Shown one piece after another: positions 38,816 through 53,089 of a stretch of DNA of 64,000 nucleotides. Both the position numbers and the translations under genes were made by a program. Origin of the DNA: the human T2T-CHM13v2.0 reference genome, Homo sapiens; assembly GCF_009914755.1 (NCBI RefSeq), contig NC_060929.1, one strand, 5' to 3'. The notes beneath the pieces are model-generated. The model saw nothing but the letters and a program-made list of their open reading frames with translations, made no database searches and was not told where the DNA came from. The first letter of the stretch is position 1. Each line of letters opens with the position of its first letter.

Positions 38816-40537
38816 TACTACAATAGCATTATATGCAAGGTACTCTGGCATGTTACAGAAGTGAATGATGATGACTGGAAATTTAGTGAAATAATTATTT
38901 CTATTTAATTAACAATTTTGAGCCATTATTAATTGAAAAATACTGCCCCAAACTTTCTGCAGATATAAAAATAACTTAAAAGTACTTTTTGCCATGAAGA
39001 AGCTTATGATATGATATAGACAATGCAGTATATACTCAAGAGAGTCCTGGACTTAGAGTTAAGATCTGGTTTCAACATATGCCTTATAATTAGACATGCA
39101 ACATACCTTTATTTGTGCATTTACTGCTGCTGTTTATTAATAAGTTATTTATTAAATTGTTTATTATGATACATTATTTATTAAATATCAGGCACCCTGT
39201 GCTAAGACCTTTTCCTAATTACATTCATAACTATAAAGTAAGACCTAAGGTCATCCCCCATATTGTGGCAAATTGAGGCACAGAGCAATAAATGAATATT
39301 CACAATCACATGACTAGTAAATGGCAGAGCTGGAATTCAAACCTGGGGCTGTTCACCTCCAACCTTTTTGACTTTCAACGTCCTCCTCTGTAAAGTGGCT
39401 TTTGATGTATCAGTCCTTCCTGCCTCAGAGAGTTTTGTTCAGGACTGAAAAGAAAATGAAATTGGGGATTTAAATAATCTTTTCAGCCATAAAATGCTGT
39501 TGAATTCTAGTGTTACTCCCATACCTGGCACATGGAATATACTATCAAGTCAATTTAAATGAACAGGGGGAATAAACAGACATATGTGTGACCAGTTAAC
39601 TCTAAATCAAGATAGACTGTGAAAAGTGGAACAAAATGCAGAGAGAAACAGAAGGAAAAAAAAGATGAATTTTAAGGTTGGGGATCTGGGAAAACTTTAT
39701 AGAGTTGATGGCAACTCAATTGCATCTTCAAAGATGGCTGGAACTTTGAGCATCTGTGAGAATCACTAAGTGAGCACCAGGTATCTGTCACAAGTCCTCA
39801 CCTCCAGCTACATCAGAGTTACAATGACAGGAGCCACAACTCATTCCTCTTTCCATCGTTCACTGTTCACAGCACAGGCCTTGGGCATAGTGTGTTCTGA
39901 TGCTGCTTTAGTTGGATTACTTTCATTAGGGAAGCTTTTGTCTGGCAAAAGTTTTTAGTTTCTTAAGGACAAATTGGTAATAGTTAACTTTCTTAACTTA
40001 GAAACTTCTTAAGCATATCTCCTAGAATCTCAGGAGCAAAGTCTCCCAGTCAGTGCAAACCCTACAGGGACTTGAAAAAACATTTTGTCAAGTGCTGTTT
40101 TTCCCAGAACAAAATGTGGAGGAATGTCATCTTCAAAACGGAAAATAAATGTCAAGTTTAGGCTCATTTATGATAGCTGTTTTGTGTTAGAACTTTTGTC
40201 TAAACGGCATCCAAATACATGGAGAGAATGGAAAAATCCATAGAACTGGATGGTTCAATTCACTCCTTCATCCATTTTGCAAAAAGTTATGAAGTGCCTA
40301 CTATGTGGCAGATACTAATATAGGGAGTGGGGATATAGCAGTAAAAGAACAAAGTCTTGGTGGCAGGGCACATGATTATCAAATATCTACATATTTTTCT
40401 TTTCTCCATCCTCCCTCATCCCCACCCTACAAAGGCTCTTTGCAGATCACATCCAGTCTTCCAGTACAATTAGCTTTTTGGGGGGAGTAAGGGTCATCAT
40501 TCTCTATATCTGAATATCCTGTCATGCTTAGTATTGC

Positions 40538-40579
40538 TGTGTGTGTGTGTGTGTGCGTGTGCGTGTGTGTGTGTGTATG
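40538..40579. repeat. (TG)n microsatellite
   Basis: Direct read. Confidence 0.95.
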
Positions 40580-40814
40580 TATATAGGACAGGAGCAGCGA
40601 GAAAGAAGCATGAGGAAGTGAATAGAAAATGGGCTTTGGAGTCAGAGCAAAGGTAGTATTAGATCCAAACTTTAACAACACTGACCTGACAAATACTTAT
40701 GAGTAGCTACTATGTGCTAGGTACAGAAGTTATAAATGTGAACAAGACAGACTTGGCTCCTTCTTTCACACAGTTCATACTCTACTGAGCAGAAACAGAA
40801 AATTAAATGAGTAG

Positions 40815-41210
40815 CTTAGCTCTGTTCCTCTGAGAAACAGGCATCAAGAGATTTTTCAGAGAACATGCTTGCAAAGGGAAATGGAGAGGGAGCCGGAGGG
40901 GGCTGGGAGAGCCATTAGACCACAATGCATGTCTGGCCCCTGTGGAGGAGGGAAAGAAGTAAGGAACATATGTAGGAAAAATCTCCTGTGCAAGTCTCAT
41001 AAAGTTTTGACAAAGATAAAGAGAGTCTTCCAGCCTAGCCAGCAATCTGAAGAATCTCACATCTACCAGGAATGGACTGGCCTTAGCATTCCCCTGGGCT
41101 CAGTCATAGGCTGGGAGCAGCTGGTGAAGATATGGCTTCAGTGCTCAGGCCATTGAATTGTGCCCCCTCCTTCAGAGACCGGAGAGGTGAATTTTCCTGG
41201 CCACCATAAC
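40815..41210 (-). mobile_element. LTR16-family ERVL LTR within an L2
   Basis: gggagagccattagaccacaatgcatgtctggcccctgtggaggag and ctcagtcataggctgggagcag are antisense to motifs in the LTR at 27963. Confidence 0.6.
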
Positions 41211-41820
41211 AAAATGCATTGAGTGTCATGATAGGGAAGTACAACGTGCTATGAGAACACAAAGCAGAAGCACCACAGGCTTCCCCAAAGAAGTCGCATC
41301 TCTCTCTAGTGGGGGCAAAGAAGGGAAAGCATTTCAGGGAGAGAGAATGATATGAGAGACAGCATGTATGGAATCGCTAAAAGAAATAAAAGAAATGCAG
41401 TCTGATTTGAACAAAGCATGCAAGGGCAGTGGGAGTGGGCAAAAGAGAGAGAGGAGTTGTGAGAAGTGAAACTGGAAAGGTAATCAGGTGTAAAACCTTA
41501 GCCTTGTGAGATGCATAAGCAGTTTAGATTTCATATCAAGGGCAATGAGAGACATTTTGAGGGTGAAATGGGGGTTGTGGGAAGACAGTGGGAGTTGAGT
41601 ATCATGATTCTGTTTGCACTTTCAAAACCCCACTCTGTGGCCCTGTGGAGAGTAAATTGGTTGACAGTAACACTGGAAAACTAGAGAGTTAAGAGACTCA
41701 AAATACCTCCCATTTATGATAATTTGAGCCTTCAGTAGAGATAGAAATGGCAGATTGCTAACTTAATGAAGGTAGTAAAGTAGAGAAAGAAACCAAAGAG
41801 GACACTCAGATTTCCATCTT
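41210..41820 (-). mobile_element. L2
   Basis: gtgctatgagaacac...agggcaatgagagacattttga...ccactctgtggccctgtggagagt. Confidence 0.6.
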
Positions 41821-42689
41821 CTTACCATGCAACTTCAAAGAATTGTTTAAGCTCTTTGAACTTTGGTTCCTGGTTTGAAAAATGAAAGCAATAACATCTA
41901 CTTCACAGGATTGTTTCGAGGCCAAATTAAATAATGTACATAAAGTACCTAACAAAGGGCTTAGCTTATAAATGGTATAATAATTCCCCTCTGACTTCCT
42001 CTGTATGTAGCGAGGATTTAAGGTATGTCCCTATTAGAGACTCAAGGTAACTGTAGAGCAAGTTAGGCTTTCTCTCTCTGATTCATCTCTGTCTGTTCCC
42101 CAAATCTCTTTAAGATTTTTACATTGCATGTGAATAAATGAAACTTTAACTCAACAATCTTAATGCAATAAATAATTTTATTAATTCTTCTGACAGAAAA
42201 TCTATACCCATTGAAAGAAAGATTCAGAATAAGTAATAACCAATACCAAGCTAGGCAAATACTTTTCTCGGATGAGGGGTGGTGGTGTTTGTCTCTTTTT
42301 GCTTCTCTGTCTCTTTTTAAGTCTTAAGCTGATTGACTCAATAAAAGAAGAAATATCGGGAATTTATTTATACTAGGAGACTTCCTGACTGCCCCTTGCT
42401 CCATGGATCTCCTGAACTACCCTCCCCTGTCTGCTTCTTGAATGTTTGTGAAGTCCTCCTTTATCCAAGGACAGCCGGTATCAGCCTCAGGATTTTTCTT
42501 CAGGCATCTCAAGAGAAAGAGCCTTCCCTTGGGGCAGGAAGCCCAGCACACTTCTCACTGCTGGTACAATGTCTTTTCTCACAGCTGTGGACCCCGTTTA
42601 GGGTGGTGTCCCCAGGAAAATCTAAGCTTGATCTCAGAATATCTGAAACCTTTTGTACTGGACCTGAGGTTACTAAAACAAGATGAGGG

Positions 42690-42994
42690 TTATTACACTT
42701 TATTGTGCACCAGAAACACCTGAGAGGCTTGTTAAACTACAGATACCTGAGCCCCAACCCAGGTATTCTGAATTAGTATCTTCTAGGGTGGGTCTGAACA
42801 ATCTACATTTTTAAGGAAAATATTCTAGATTTTTGCTTCTATCGTGTAGTGCTCAGACCAGCAACATCGGACATCGCCTGGGAACTGTTAAAAATGCAGC
42901 ATCTCAGGCCCCACCCCAGGCCCACTGAATTAATCTGAATTTTTAACAAGTTCCCCAAGTAATTAGTTTCACATTAAAGGTTTTAGAAACACTG
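42690..42994. mobile_element. Two adjacent MER5 elements
   Basis: cacctgagaggcttgttaaactacagat; cgcctgggaactgttaaaaatgcagcatctcaggccccaccccag...agaaacactg. Confidence 0.75.
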
Positions 42995-43002
42995 TTCTAG
43001 AT

Positions 43003-43214
43003 CAGTGGTCCAGTGGGAAAGATTTTTCCCCCAACCCCCACCATTCAGGACAGTATCTGGAGATATTTTTTGTTGTAACTGGAAAGGCGGTCCTGGCACC
43101 TAAGTAGTTGGAAGCCAGGGATGCTGCTAAACATCCTGCAATCCACAGGACAACCCCCACAACAAAGGGGTATCAGGCCAAAAATGTCAGCAGTGCTGAT
43201 ACTGAGAAACCCTG
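43003..43214 (+). mobile_element. MER20 (hAT-Charlie)
   Basis: CAGtgg...gccagggatgctgctaaacatcctgcaatccacaggaca...gagaaaccCTG; 8-bp flanks ttctagat/ggctagac. Confidence 0.9.
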
Positions 43215-43429
43215 GGCTAGACGATTGTAATGAAGGCGGTAGATTTATCTGGGGAATCAGCCATCTTCAAAGGCTTAGAGGTAACAGCTACTCATCTAAG
43301 AGTTAATCTGAAAGCTCACAAGCAGGCTTTACATTCTCAAACTAGCGGTAAGATGGTGGACTCTGAGGCCCAGGTGCCTAACTTTGAATCCCAGATCTGC
43401 CACTTGAATGCTATGTAATCTTAGGCACC

Positions 43430-43960
43430 TGTGGAAATCAACAAAGATCAACCCAACGAGAACAAGCAAAGGCTTTTTATTCAAAGCTTGCTATAGCAAG
43501 GGAGTCAACCACCATTTGTGTTTGGCAGACTCAAAGGCAGAGGAGTGATAAAGCTTTATAGTAGAAAAAAGAAAAGGCTTGTTTGGAGACTACTGGAGAA
43601 GCTGGAGGGTGGCTACCTAGAAATCAGGCAGCCTCTGAGATTGGTGAGGAAGCTTATTTCACTTTCTCTGGCTGGTCCTAAGTTGGAAATAGGGACCAAA
43701 ATTCATGGACTCAATTCAACTCTAGGTCATTCGTCAAGTCCTGGCTATTTGGGGGCTGATTGTTACAGAAGATATTGTTTAGCTTTCCTAGATTTTTACT
43801 AAAGATAGCAGTCAGACTTCCTACAAGCCTGACTTACAGCAGGCTGGTTCTCTGGGCTGGTCAATGTAGATAAGCAAAGTTGGTTTTCTGGGCAGGTTGC
43901 TGCAGCTTGTGGGCCAAAGTTCCATATTATATATAGTACTGCCTTTGTCTGTTTTTACAT
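43430..43960 (-). mobile_element. ERVL-type LTR (MER76-like) splitting a MIR
   Basis: tttattcaaagcttgctatagcaagggagtc...gactcaaaggcag...ggtcctaagttggaa; MIR halves at ~43340-43429 and ~43960-44100. Confidence 0.6.
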
Positions 43961-46911
43961 TTCTTTAGGCCTTCATGTTTCTCCATCTATGAAGTGGTTA
44001 TTATAATAGGGTTATAGTAAAGATGAAATGAGTTAACTCATGTAGAGCTCTTAGAATCTCATCCAACAAGAAATGAGGCCTGAGTAAATGTTCCCCACCA
44101 TCATTTTCTATGGCTGTCTCTGGGATCACTCTTGGGCTGTGACCTTATGCAGCTTCACTGGAGGGGTCTGGGTATCACCCAGACCACAGATCTGTATGAG
44201 TTTAGGAACAGTGCTTGCAAGCCAGGTGGTTGTCAGGACACACTTCAATATTTTTAGCTGCAGGGAGGGAACATTACTAGGATATGGGAGTCATTATTCT
44301 GATCAGAAATCAGGGATTTGAGTCAGAGGCCATCTGGTTTTAATTACTTATAACTGTGTGACCTCAGGCAAGTAGCAGTCACTCTAGACCTCTTTTATAA
44401 AGCAGGGATGATATTAGCATCCACTGGTGAAGGTGAATTAAATGATGCATATTAAGCACCCTAAACAGCACATGGCAAAGAAAAAGTACTCTCTAAAAGT
44501 CAACTTTATTATTGTTAAAGCGTTGACACAGCCAGGAGACAAGGCTACTCTTGTCCTAGGAACAGAAGCCTCCCATGAATCAGAAGGGGTTGCCCTCCAG
44601 GGTTAGTTGTCATGCTAGGTCTTTTTCTTTAATATTTGGCAATTCAGCTCACATGCACTAGGAACACCCAGAGCATTTATCACGGAACAGAATCCGCGTA
44701 AGGGAAGCTTGGAAATTTGCATTTCAACTACTCTCAGGTAATTCTTATATACACCTGGTCTTTGAAAACCCACGCTGCCATATCCCATCATTCCATTAGG
44801 GTGCATGGTGTTTCCCTGAAGCAATCCCCAGCCCTCGCCACACCTGCTGTAAGTGACCTGGAAACTCACAGCCCACCTTCTCCCCTTACAGTCGAGATGG
44901 GGAAGATGCATTCTGAGGTCTCTACCAAGAACTCCTGGCCTGAGACTGGTGCGTCCTCTCCTAGTGTGTGGGTAAGAAATGGTCCATCTTGTTCTGGGCT
45001 CTCTGACGCTGAGGTCTGACCAAGACAGCCCAACCACCTTTGGCAGGCATGAGGAATTGTGTTGAAGGTCTCTAGGTGCAGACTCAATCTGCAGTGGGAA
45101 GTGTTAAGTGAACAGAATTATAGAAATTTTTCTAATTGCCTGTGTCTTTCAGACACACAAACAGGTCTAGAGTACAAGGTCATCTGCTATTAATAAGCAC
45201 AGAGATTACTGCAACCAGTGGCCTCTCTTGGACTTTGCTGAGAGAGTGAAGTACTCAGGGATTGTCTGAGTCTGACCTCCCTAAAATGGAAACATGTCAA
45301 CTCCACTCTAGGGGCACAGGCAGCACCGGTGAACCTGGACCCAAGGAAGCAAAGGTATCTACAGTATAGCATTATTGGACTTATTTCTATTGGTTTCTGG
45401 AAGCTGTTGGTCTTAGCAGTGTCAGCCAAGTCTTCCATTCCTGCTAAATAGCCAGGAATCTTGGAGGAGTTGAAATTATCTTGCCTTGTGCTGACACATG
45501 TTAAAGTTTTGACTAGTGACATCTGGTGTCAGTTTTGGGAAGCTGGGAAGACAGTGGCAAGCAAGGATGATCCAAGGGCTTAATGTTGTCTTTGATGGAG
45601 CCCTCCTTTCCTTGAGGTAGCTGCCTGAAAGTTTGTTAGCCGAGTTTTGAAGATCAAGCTGTAGCTGTAGGTCTTTCAGGCAGACCATGGTACGTTGCTC
45701 CCAGATTCCACTGGCAGGAAGATTGGGCATTTCACTGAAGCTTGAAATCAGACTAAACCTACAATTCATAGAGGACTGGGAAAGAGGAAGGTATTAGCTG
45801 GGGGTATCATGGATGCTGTAAGTTCAAATGGCTGCCTTTCAGTTATGAGTAGAAACTAAGTGATAAGAAAACAAGAAGTCGTCTTATGTTGGGTCCAACT
45901 GTGACTGTTCTGATATCTCCTGAATGGAGACGATTCTTACCTAATTCCCCTACAAATTGCAAGACCTAGAATTTAAAAGATGCTCATTTATTTTGACTGT
46001 GATAATGGAAAAAATTGCCAAGGAGCTTGATGCCAACAGAGATTTGAGTGAAAATGCACCCTGAGTTCAGGTTCAACTCATCCATCTTGGCTGTATGAAG
46101 GAAACTAAGTTCTTGCTGACTCTATAGAAAATTTTCACTTTTGAACCAAAAAATTGTTGAAGCAAATGGGCTATGGGTTGGCAGAAGGCCTGGCCATCTC
46201 TGTAGCATAATCTGAGGTGGTTGTGGACCAAAATTTTATGAAACATTTGAGACAGACCTGGGGGAGAGGAAGAGAAAGAGGGGCCTGGCATTCTAGCCAG
46301 TATTTTCTCAATGACAAGGAGGCCGAGGGGGATTAAAAAGAAATAGGCAAGACTTAGAGTGTCCGTGAAGGAAGGACATGACAAGAGAAGGAAATATCTT
46401 AAAGATGAATACTCAAGAGGTAACAACTCATACACTTGCAGAGAAGATTGGAAAACTATAAAGCAAGCTGTTGCAGGGGGAAAGATTGTGATGACTGTGA
46501 CCTGAATGCATTATGAATCCTCAATTGAAAATATTCTTGCAAATCTGCATGAGACAATATAGAAGTTGGAGAGACAACACTGTATCTGTATTCCAAGAAG
46601 AACTGCGTTATGACTAGCAAATGGGCAGAAGTGACTTATGGAAATAAGTGATAGCCAGGGCTGACTCTTCTGTCTCTATTCTCGTGAAGTAAAGGGGGAA
46701 AGCAGAAGATACTTCTTTAACTCCTTCTTGCAGGAGAGATAAGAAAGGGCCTTCCTTTTTTGAGTTGGTGTGAGAGGTTGATTGTAAATGAATAAGTACA
46801 AAGATACATTTGCTTCCATAAACTTGAAACTTTATTACCTGCAAACCACCATCCGAAGAGATGTATGCATAGTCAGATGTTCCACAGAAACAGTTTTAAA
46901 AAGTGGGTGAT

Positions 46912-47198
46912 GGCCCATGATAAGCCATGGTGCCTACAATCCCAGCACTTTGGGAGGCTGAGATGGTCGAATCACTTGAGTCCAGGAGTTCAAGACCAGC
47001 CTGGGCAATGTGGCAAAACCCGGTCTTTACCAACAAAATAAAATAAGCCAGGCAAGGTGGCATGTGTCTATAGTCCCAGCTACTCAGGGAGCTGAGGTGG
47101 GTGAATCACCTGAGCATGGGAGGTCAAGGCTGCAGAGTGTCATGATTGCACCACTGCACTCCAGCCTGGGTGATAGAGTGAGACCTCATCTCAAAAAA
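46912..47198 (+). mobile_element. AluJ
   Basis: aatcccagcactttgggaggctgag...gaggtcaaggctgcag; TSD taaaaagtgggtga at 46897 and 47199. Confidence 0.92.
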
Positions 47199-48385
47199 TA
47201 AAAAGTGGGTGAGGGGGACAGGCAGACAGCAGGGGTAATGTTAGAAACAGGGTTAATAAATATGGTCCAGACTGTGTCACCAAAAAGATTTCTTCTGTGG
47301 GAATTATATCTTTATTAGCAAGAAAACTTTGCTCAGAAGTTTCCTGAGTTCCCTCACCCTGACTTGATGGAGCACATTAAAATACCTTTTCCCTCTACCT
47401 TTTGATGAGTGATCAAGGAATTCATTTGTTTGGAGAATTAAGTCACCTAGGCCATTGCTATCTTGAGTGGGAATTCATTATGTGGCATAGTCAAGCAGAA
47501 GGCAACTGGTGTTGGTGCTGTTGTCATACAGTTTGCCTTTTAAGCTACACACCTATATTATTAGATAAAAACATTATTTTTGCGTGTTGTGCTAATAAGA
47601 GCAAAAAGATAAAGTCCCTGAAGAACCTAGATGCAGGTTTTTGGGGAGGATAACTGTGGACATGTCTGCTCCCTGAACCCTGGAAAGATTTATTTTACTG
47701 AACAAATTCTCATTAAGTGATACAGTCAAAGGGAAATGAAGAGCTACTCCACTTTAATAACTACTAAATTAATCCAAGAAACATTTAACTTGTAAGTCAG
47801 GCACTCCCTAGCCCAATGGCTTTGTAGTTTTTTTATTTGTCTTTGGTTTGGGGTTTTTTGTTTGTTTGTTTGTTTGTTTGGCTTAGGAACAGAGGAAATA
47901 GCAAAAAAGACTGAAAGATTATTGACAAAGATCAAGATCCAAAATCAGAAGCTTTCATTTCCAACTAAACTCTGTACAAGTGTTCTGGATGGGGCAAATT
48001 AACAATTTAACTTAATGCTTGCCAATGAAGATGGTAGCTTGCTGTGACCTTTTTTCTATGATGTACCAGAAACAGCAATCAATTTGCCCCTTAGAAATTG
48101 TGCCCAGGAATAAAACTAATGCTAGGGAGAGTACACTGTATTGAAAGCACCCTGGAGTTAAAACTAGAGTGGTTCTATGTAGCCATAGGAATAAATATAA
48201 AGATTAAATAGACTAAATGAAGAGACTGATATCAACCTTTCTTTTTTATTCCTTAAAACTTGGCTAAAACATGCACATGAAAATTTGATCTAAATGCCTT
48301 AAAATAATATTTGTATATTTTAATCAAAACTTATGAAAAGGTCTAACTAGGTAACTTTTTAGCTGTTTCTCGTTTATCTGTGCAT

Positions 48386-48422
48386 GAAGAGGTAGTGTGT
48401 ACACGAAGAGGTAGTGTGTACA
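48386..48422. repeat. 19-bp-period tandem duplication GAAGAGGTAGTGTGTACA(C)
   Basis: Two copies, identical over 18 bp. Confidence 0.95.
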
Positions 48423-49349
48423 GAGGCTACACATTCCTCGACTTCTAATGAGAGCCATCCACATTTCGGCTACAGGGTCTATGAGGAACAAACCAGCTAG
48501 TTGAGGGCCTGGCTTACAATACAATGTTTATTCAGTAAAGACAAAGAGTGCAGTTCTTTATCTTTTAAAGAAGTGTGGAGAGAGGGTGGAAGGATTGGAT
48601 ATTTGCAGGGAGGGAAAAGGAAGGACAGCTCAGGGCATTGAAGGTAAATGCCACTTCTCTGTCAGGGTGGTCAGTGCCGGCCAAGGGTCTTTGTGTCGAA
48701 GGGCTATGCAAAGAGAAGATGTCAGAGATAAAAGGTTTTCACCTGTGGTTAGGCATTGCCAGATCTCTTGATTTAGGGCTGTGGCATTGCCTTGAGCAAC
48801 TTACTAATGGAAAGGACTATTTGACTTAGAGGCTCGACTTTTTTGCGCTCAGGAATTTGAGTTACCAGTTATTTTTTACCCATTTAAGGACATGCATTTT
48901 CTTGCCAGTAAAGTTCAGATTTCCTACAAGATCGGAAATAAATAGTATATGAAAGTACAACCTGTAAATTCTCATTTGCTGAGCTCCTACATGAAAATTC
49001 ATATATTTTTTCTATAGAAATACTCCTAATCTTGCTTTCTTGTGTATCTGTACCAGTAAAACGTGTCCCTTGCGTATAATTTATAGAAGTATTATATGAG
49101 AATATGCAAGAAAAAATGCTGGTATAGTTACAGTGTTAAGGGTTTATACTATTTCTAAAATAGACTGCATCAGTGATTAAAGAAATCGCTTTGTAAAATG
49201 GTTTTTCTTTCTCACTTCTACCCCCATTCTTATGGACTTCGTTGGGTGAGCATTTCTATGCCTGGGAGTCATTTTCTTGGCAAGTTGCTGTTAACGAGAA
49301 TGTCCTATCTCTCAGCTGTGCTAGGACAGAAAATCATACTGACACTTAC

Positions 49350-49792
49350 TGTGACAGGCAGACTAGTGCCTCCCCACAAAGATGCCCACATCCTGATTCT
49401 CAGAAGTTGTGAATATGTTGCCTTACATGACAAAAGAAATTTTGCAGCTACAATTAAATTAAGGACCTGAGATGGGAAGATGACCCTGGATTTTCTGAGT
49501 GAGCTCAATCTAATCACATGAGTTCTTCCAAGTGTTACAGAAAACCTTTCCTACCTGGGGTCAGAGGGAGATGTGACTATGGAAGAGAGAACCAGAGAGA
49601 CTGCAGCATGGGAGGGACTTAGCTCCATGTCTCTGGCTTTGGTTAAAGATGGAGGAAGGGGCCAGAAGCCAAGCAATGCCAGAAGTTCCTAGAACTGCAA
49701 AAAGCAAGAAATAAGATTCTTTCCTAGAGCTTCCAGAAAGAGACACAGCTTAGTGAGACCCCTATCAGACTTCTGACCTTCAGAACTATAAT

Positions 49793-49845
<53 letters not shown>

Positions 49846-49894
49846 CCACTAAGTCGATGGCAATTTGTTGCAGCAGCTGTAGAAAATTAATTCA
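49350..49894 (+). mobile_element. MLT1D MaLR LTR with internal (TG)n at ~49795-49841
   Basis: TGtgacaggcaga...aagatgcccacatcctgatt...tcagacttctgacct...gcaatttgttgcagcagc...aattCA. Confidence 0.88.
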
Positions 49895-51159
49895 TCTACT
49901 GTCCTGGATTGAGGGTCTGGGACCTGAGTCCTGGAGTTCTTTTTCTAGTAGTAAGCTTTGCTCTGTGAATTTTTCTACCCTGTGAGCCAAATTCACAGGT
50001 CTGTATTTATAAAAAATGGGCTTCTTGAGTAATACAGATGAGAAAAATTTTAAGGACAATATATGTGGTTGTGGTAGTGTTGACAGTCAAAACAAGCACT
50101 CTGAGAACTACATTATCAGAAAATAGTGCATCTCTGTTTCAACTGAGTGTTCATCTCCTTAAGAAAGCACATTCTATATTTACTCAGCAGACCAGGATGA
50201 AATTGCAGTGGAGGGATTGTCTGAAACTATATTCACCTAAAACACAATTTTGCTAAATCAACTTTTCGAAAGTTCAGTAAAACTTTTGTTTTTAAATGAT
50301 GTCAGAATAAATTGTTTGACTATATTAACATTTCAAATAGGTGTATTTTAAGTTTTTAAGCTAGCTTGTGATTCACATATGATTTTTTGTTAATTTCAGT
50401 TCATTTGTAAGCTTCAGTATCCTTGGGTGGCTGTGATTTTTGATGCTTATTTCTAATATGTTGAAATGTTACCTTTGAACTCAGAGCTAGAGTTTTAAGA
50501 TAAACTGGGAATATGGGCAGTTTGATATTCAGAAATAGCATGGAAGATGGAATTGCTCTGTTAAAGTAGGGAGGAGTCTGGAGCCAAGTGGGGTGGGAGC
50601 GGGTGAGCTACCTGAACTTCTTGAATAAGCCCATTATGCAATAGCATGATTATCTCCAGAGAAGTTGGGGTGGTGTTCTGGATGGCAGCACAGTGGATGT
50701 GCTGCAAAGGCATAGCTGAGGTTTTGAAGAAGTGAGATGCAACAGAGCAGTAATCATGACATAATGTGTATATACAACATACACACGTGTGCAAATATTT
50801 ACAACACAAAGGCATATTGATCAGCTAAAACAGCATGTATATTTGTAAACAAATAAATTACAAAGTATTTGTAATTCTACCACTTGGAGACTCGACTATG
50901 TTTTTGGAAATCTTCTGGTCTTTTCCTTTTGCTTTGCACCCAGTTTCCTTGCATAATCACTCTAGTTTACTAAAAGACAATTTGATGTCATTGTCAAGAT
51001 CATGGTTTTTAAGGTCAGACAGCCCTGGGTAGAGTCAAGGCTCTGTTATGTTATAGGAGGCAAGTTATTTAACCTTGTTGAGACTTGTTCATCCATACAA
51101 GGAAGGTGATGATACAAATAACACAGTATTGTTCTGAGGATAAAAGAGAAAATACCATG

Positions 51160-51345
51160 ATTTTCAATCCTCACTGCACATTAGAATCATCCAAGATCTT
51201 TGAAAAATTCCAATATTTGCATCCCACCTCCCCAGAGAGCCTGATGTAATTGTGCTGCCTTGGCTTGGCAGGTTTATTTCTGTTGTTGTTTTTAGTGATT
51301 TATCTAGGTCACTATGATGCAGCCAGGAGGACTGAGAAGTTCTGC
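51160..51345. mobile_element. MER5B-like hAT element, next to a MIR at ~50995-51150
   Basis: ctgcacattagaatcatc...tgatgcagccaggaggactgagaa. Confidence 0.65.
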
Positions 51346-51849
51346 AATAATGTTTGCAAAGCTCTTGATACTTAAAGCTCAAAAAGGCATTAGCATCATT
51401 ATTGTACTTTTTTTTAATAAAAATGGATTAATAAAGCCCATTATTACCTGTTTTTTTTTCCCCACTCCCCTGCCATCTATGAGCTCTGGAAAAAGCCTAC
51501 CACACTCCTCCTTTAGAGGTAGAGTCAAATCAACTAATTTGATTCAGCTTTCACTGACAAATGTGCAGCTGCCTTGTTTATCAGTTTCCAAGGCTGGATA
51601 GTATTCAGTAGTATCTTTATATTCCAATTTACTTAATTAGCCACACTAGAAATTTAGATCATTGAGAGTATTGTGCTAAAGAATATCATGAATCAGCTTG
51701 TGCATATAAATATCTTTATAGCTGTTCAACTATTTCCTTAGGATAAATTCTTAGAGAAACTGCTGGCTCAGAAGGTACATACACTTTCAGGGCTTCTCAA
51801 CATTGTCAAATTGCCCTCCTTAATGGAGTGATCAATGTCATTTCAGATG

Positions 51850-52375
51850 TGTTAGGGCTACAAATAAGAAAAAAACTTAGTTCGAATTAATAAAGGAGAT
51901 TGATTGGCTCATGTAACTGGCAAGTCTAGAGATTAAGTGAATTTCAGAACTAGTTTGATTCAGCATTTCAATAATACCATCAAGGATCCATCTACATCCC
52001 TTCATTTTCCCCCTTAGCCCTATGCAGTACCAGCTTTTTTTTTATAGTTGAAACAGGACTGCCAACAATTCCTGGAGACGCATGCTTCCTAATGCATACA
52101 CAGGGAGAGAAGGCAGCTCCTTAAGCTCTGACTGTAAGAACAAGGAAGTTGTTTTCTTCAAAGTTCCAGCAAATCATGCCTTACTTCTGATTGGTCTGGT
52201 TTTGGTTGATCAGGGATGAGAACATGCTCATTAGTTTACCCCTGAGTTGCTGATTAGCTCATGTCTAAGTTATACAAAGAGGTAGGCTTCTTCCAGAGCT
52301 CATAGATGGCAGGGGAGAGCTTCAAATGTGCTGAAGGAAGGAGAATGTGCAGTGAGGAGACAACCACAATGCCCA
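51850..52375 (-). mobile_element. Old MLT1 (K/L-type) LTR
   Basis: gattggctcatgtaactggcaagtctaga...ctgattggtctgg. Confidence 0.55.
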
Positions 52376-52879
52376 TGATGAGCAAAATTTGAGAGAATTA
52401 AATCTTGCTGCTACCTGCAAAGTTTGAGGAGAAGGGAAGAAAGTGAGTTTGTGAGAAATGGGCCTTAGCATTGTGTTATGAGTCTACCGTAGGCAACTTA
52501 AAGACATTTCCACAGCTGTAGGGGTGAATCAGTTGCATGCCTTCTGCCTAAGAGAATCCACTCAGGATGGTTTCATCCACATGAGTCTGGTGAGTTTAAA
52601 GAGTAGTAGGTTCAGTATCACAGGGCTGTTGCGTTAATCTGCAGCCAAAATGAGTGACTTCAATTTTCTGTACCATTTTATGTCTCAAGTAAACAAATAC
52701 ATAATTTCTTATAGCAAACATATATAGCAATCTTAAGTAAACCATTGCTTTTGCAAGTCTTGTTTCTTATTAACTGATCATCAATCGAAGTCAGGTGGAA
52801 CATGAAGCAAATCTTTTATGAGAACTGCTTGATGATTATAGCCCTGAAAACCCTTTTTCCCTTGAAATACCATAATATA

Positions 52880-53058
52880 ATGATTCTCAAACAGGATTCT
52901 GTGCACCAGAACCCTCTGAAAGAATTGTTAAACATAGATTGCCAGGCGCCAACCCCAGAGTTTTGATTTCAGCTTAACTGTTAGAAATGCAAATTTCTAA
53001 CAAGTTCCCAGGTGAAGCTGATGTTGCCCATCCTGGGACCACCCTTTGAGAAACACTG
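52880..53058. mobile_element. MER5A
   Basis: gattctcaaac...ttctaacaagttcccaggtgaagctgatg...gaccaccctttgagaaacactg. Confidence 0.8.
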
Positions 53059-53089
53059 ACACAGTGCATGGACATTTTTGCATCATAAA

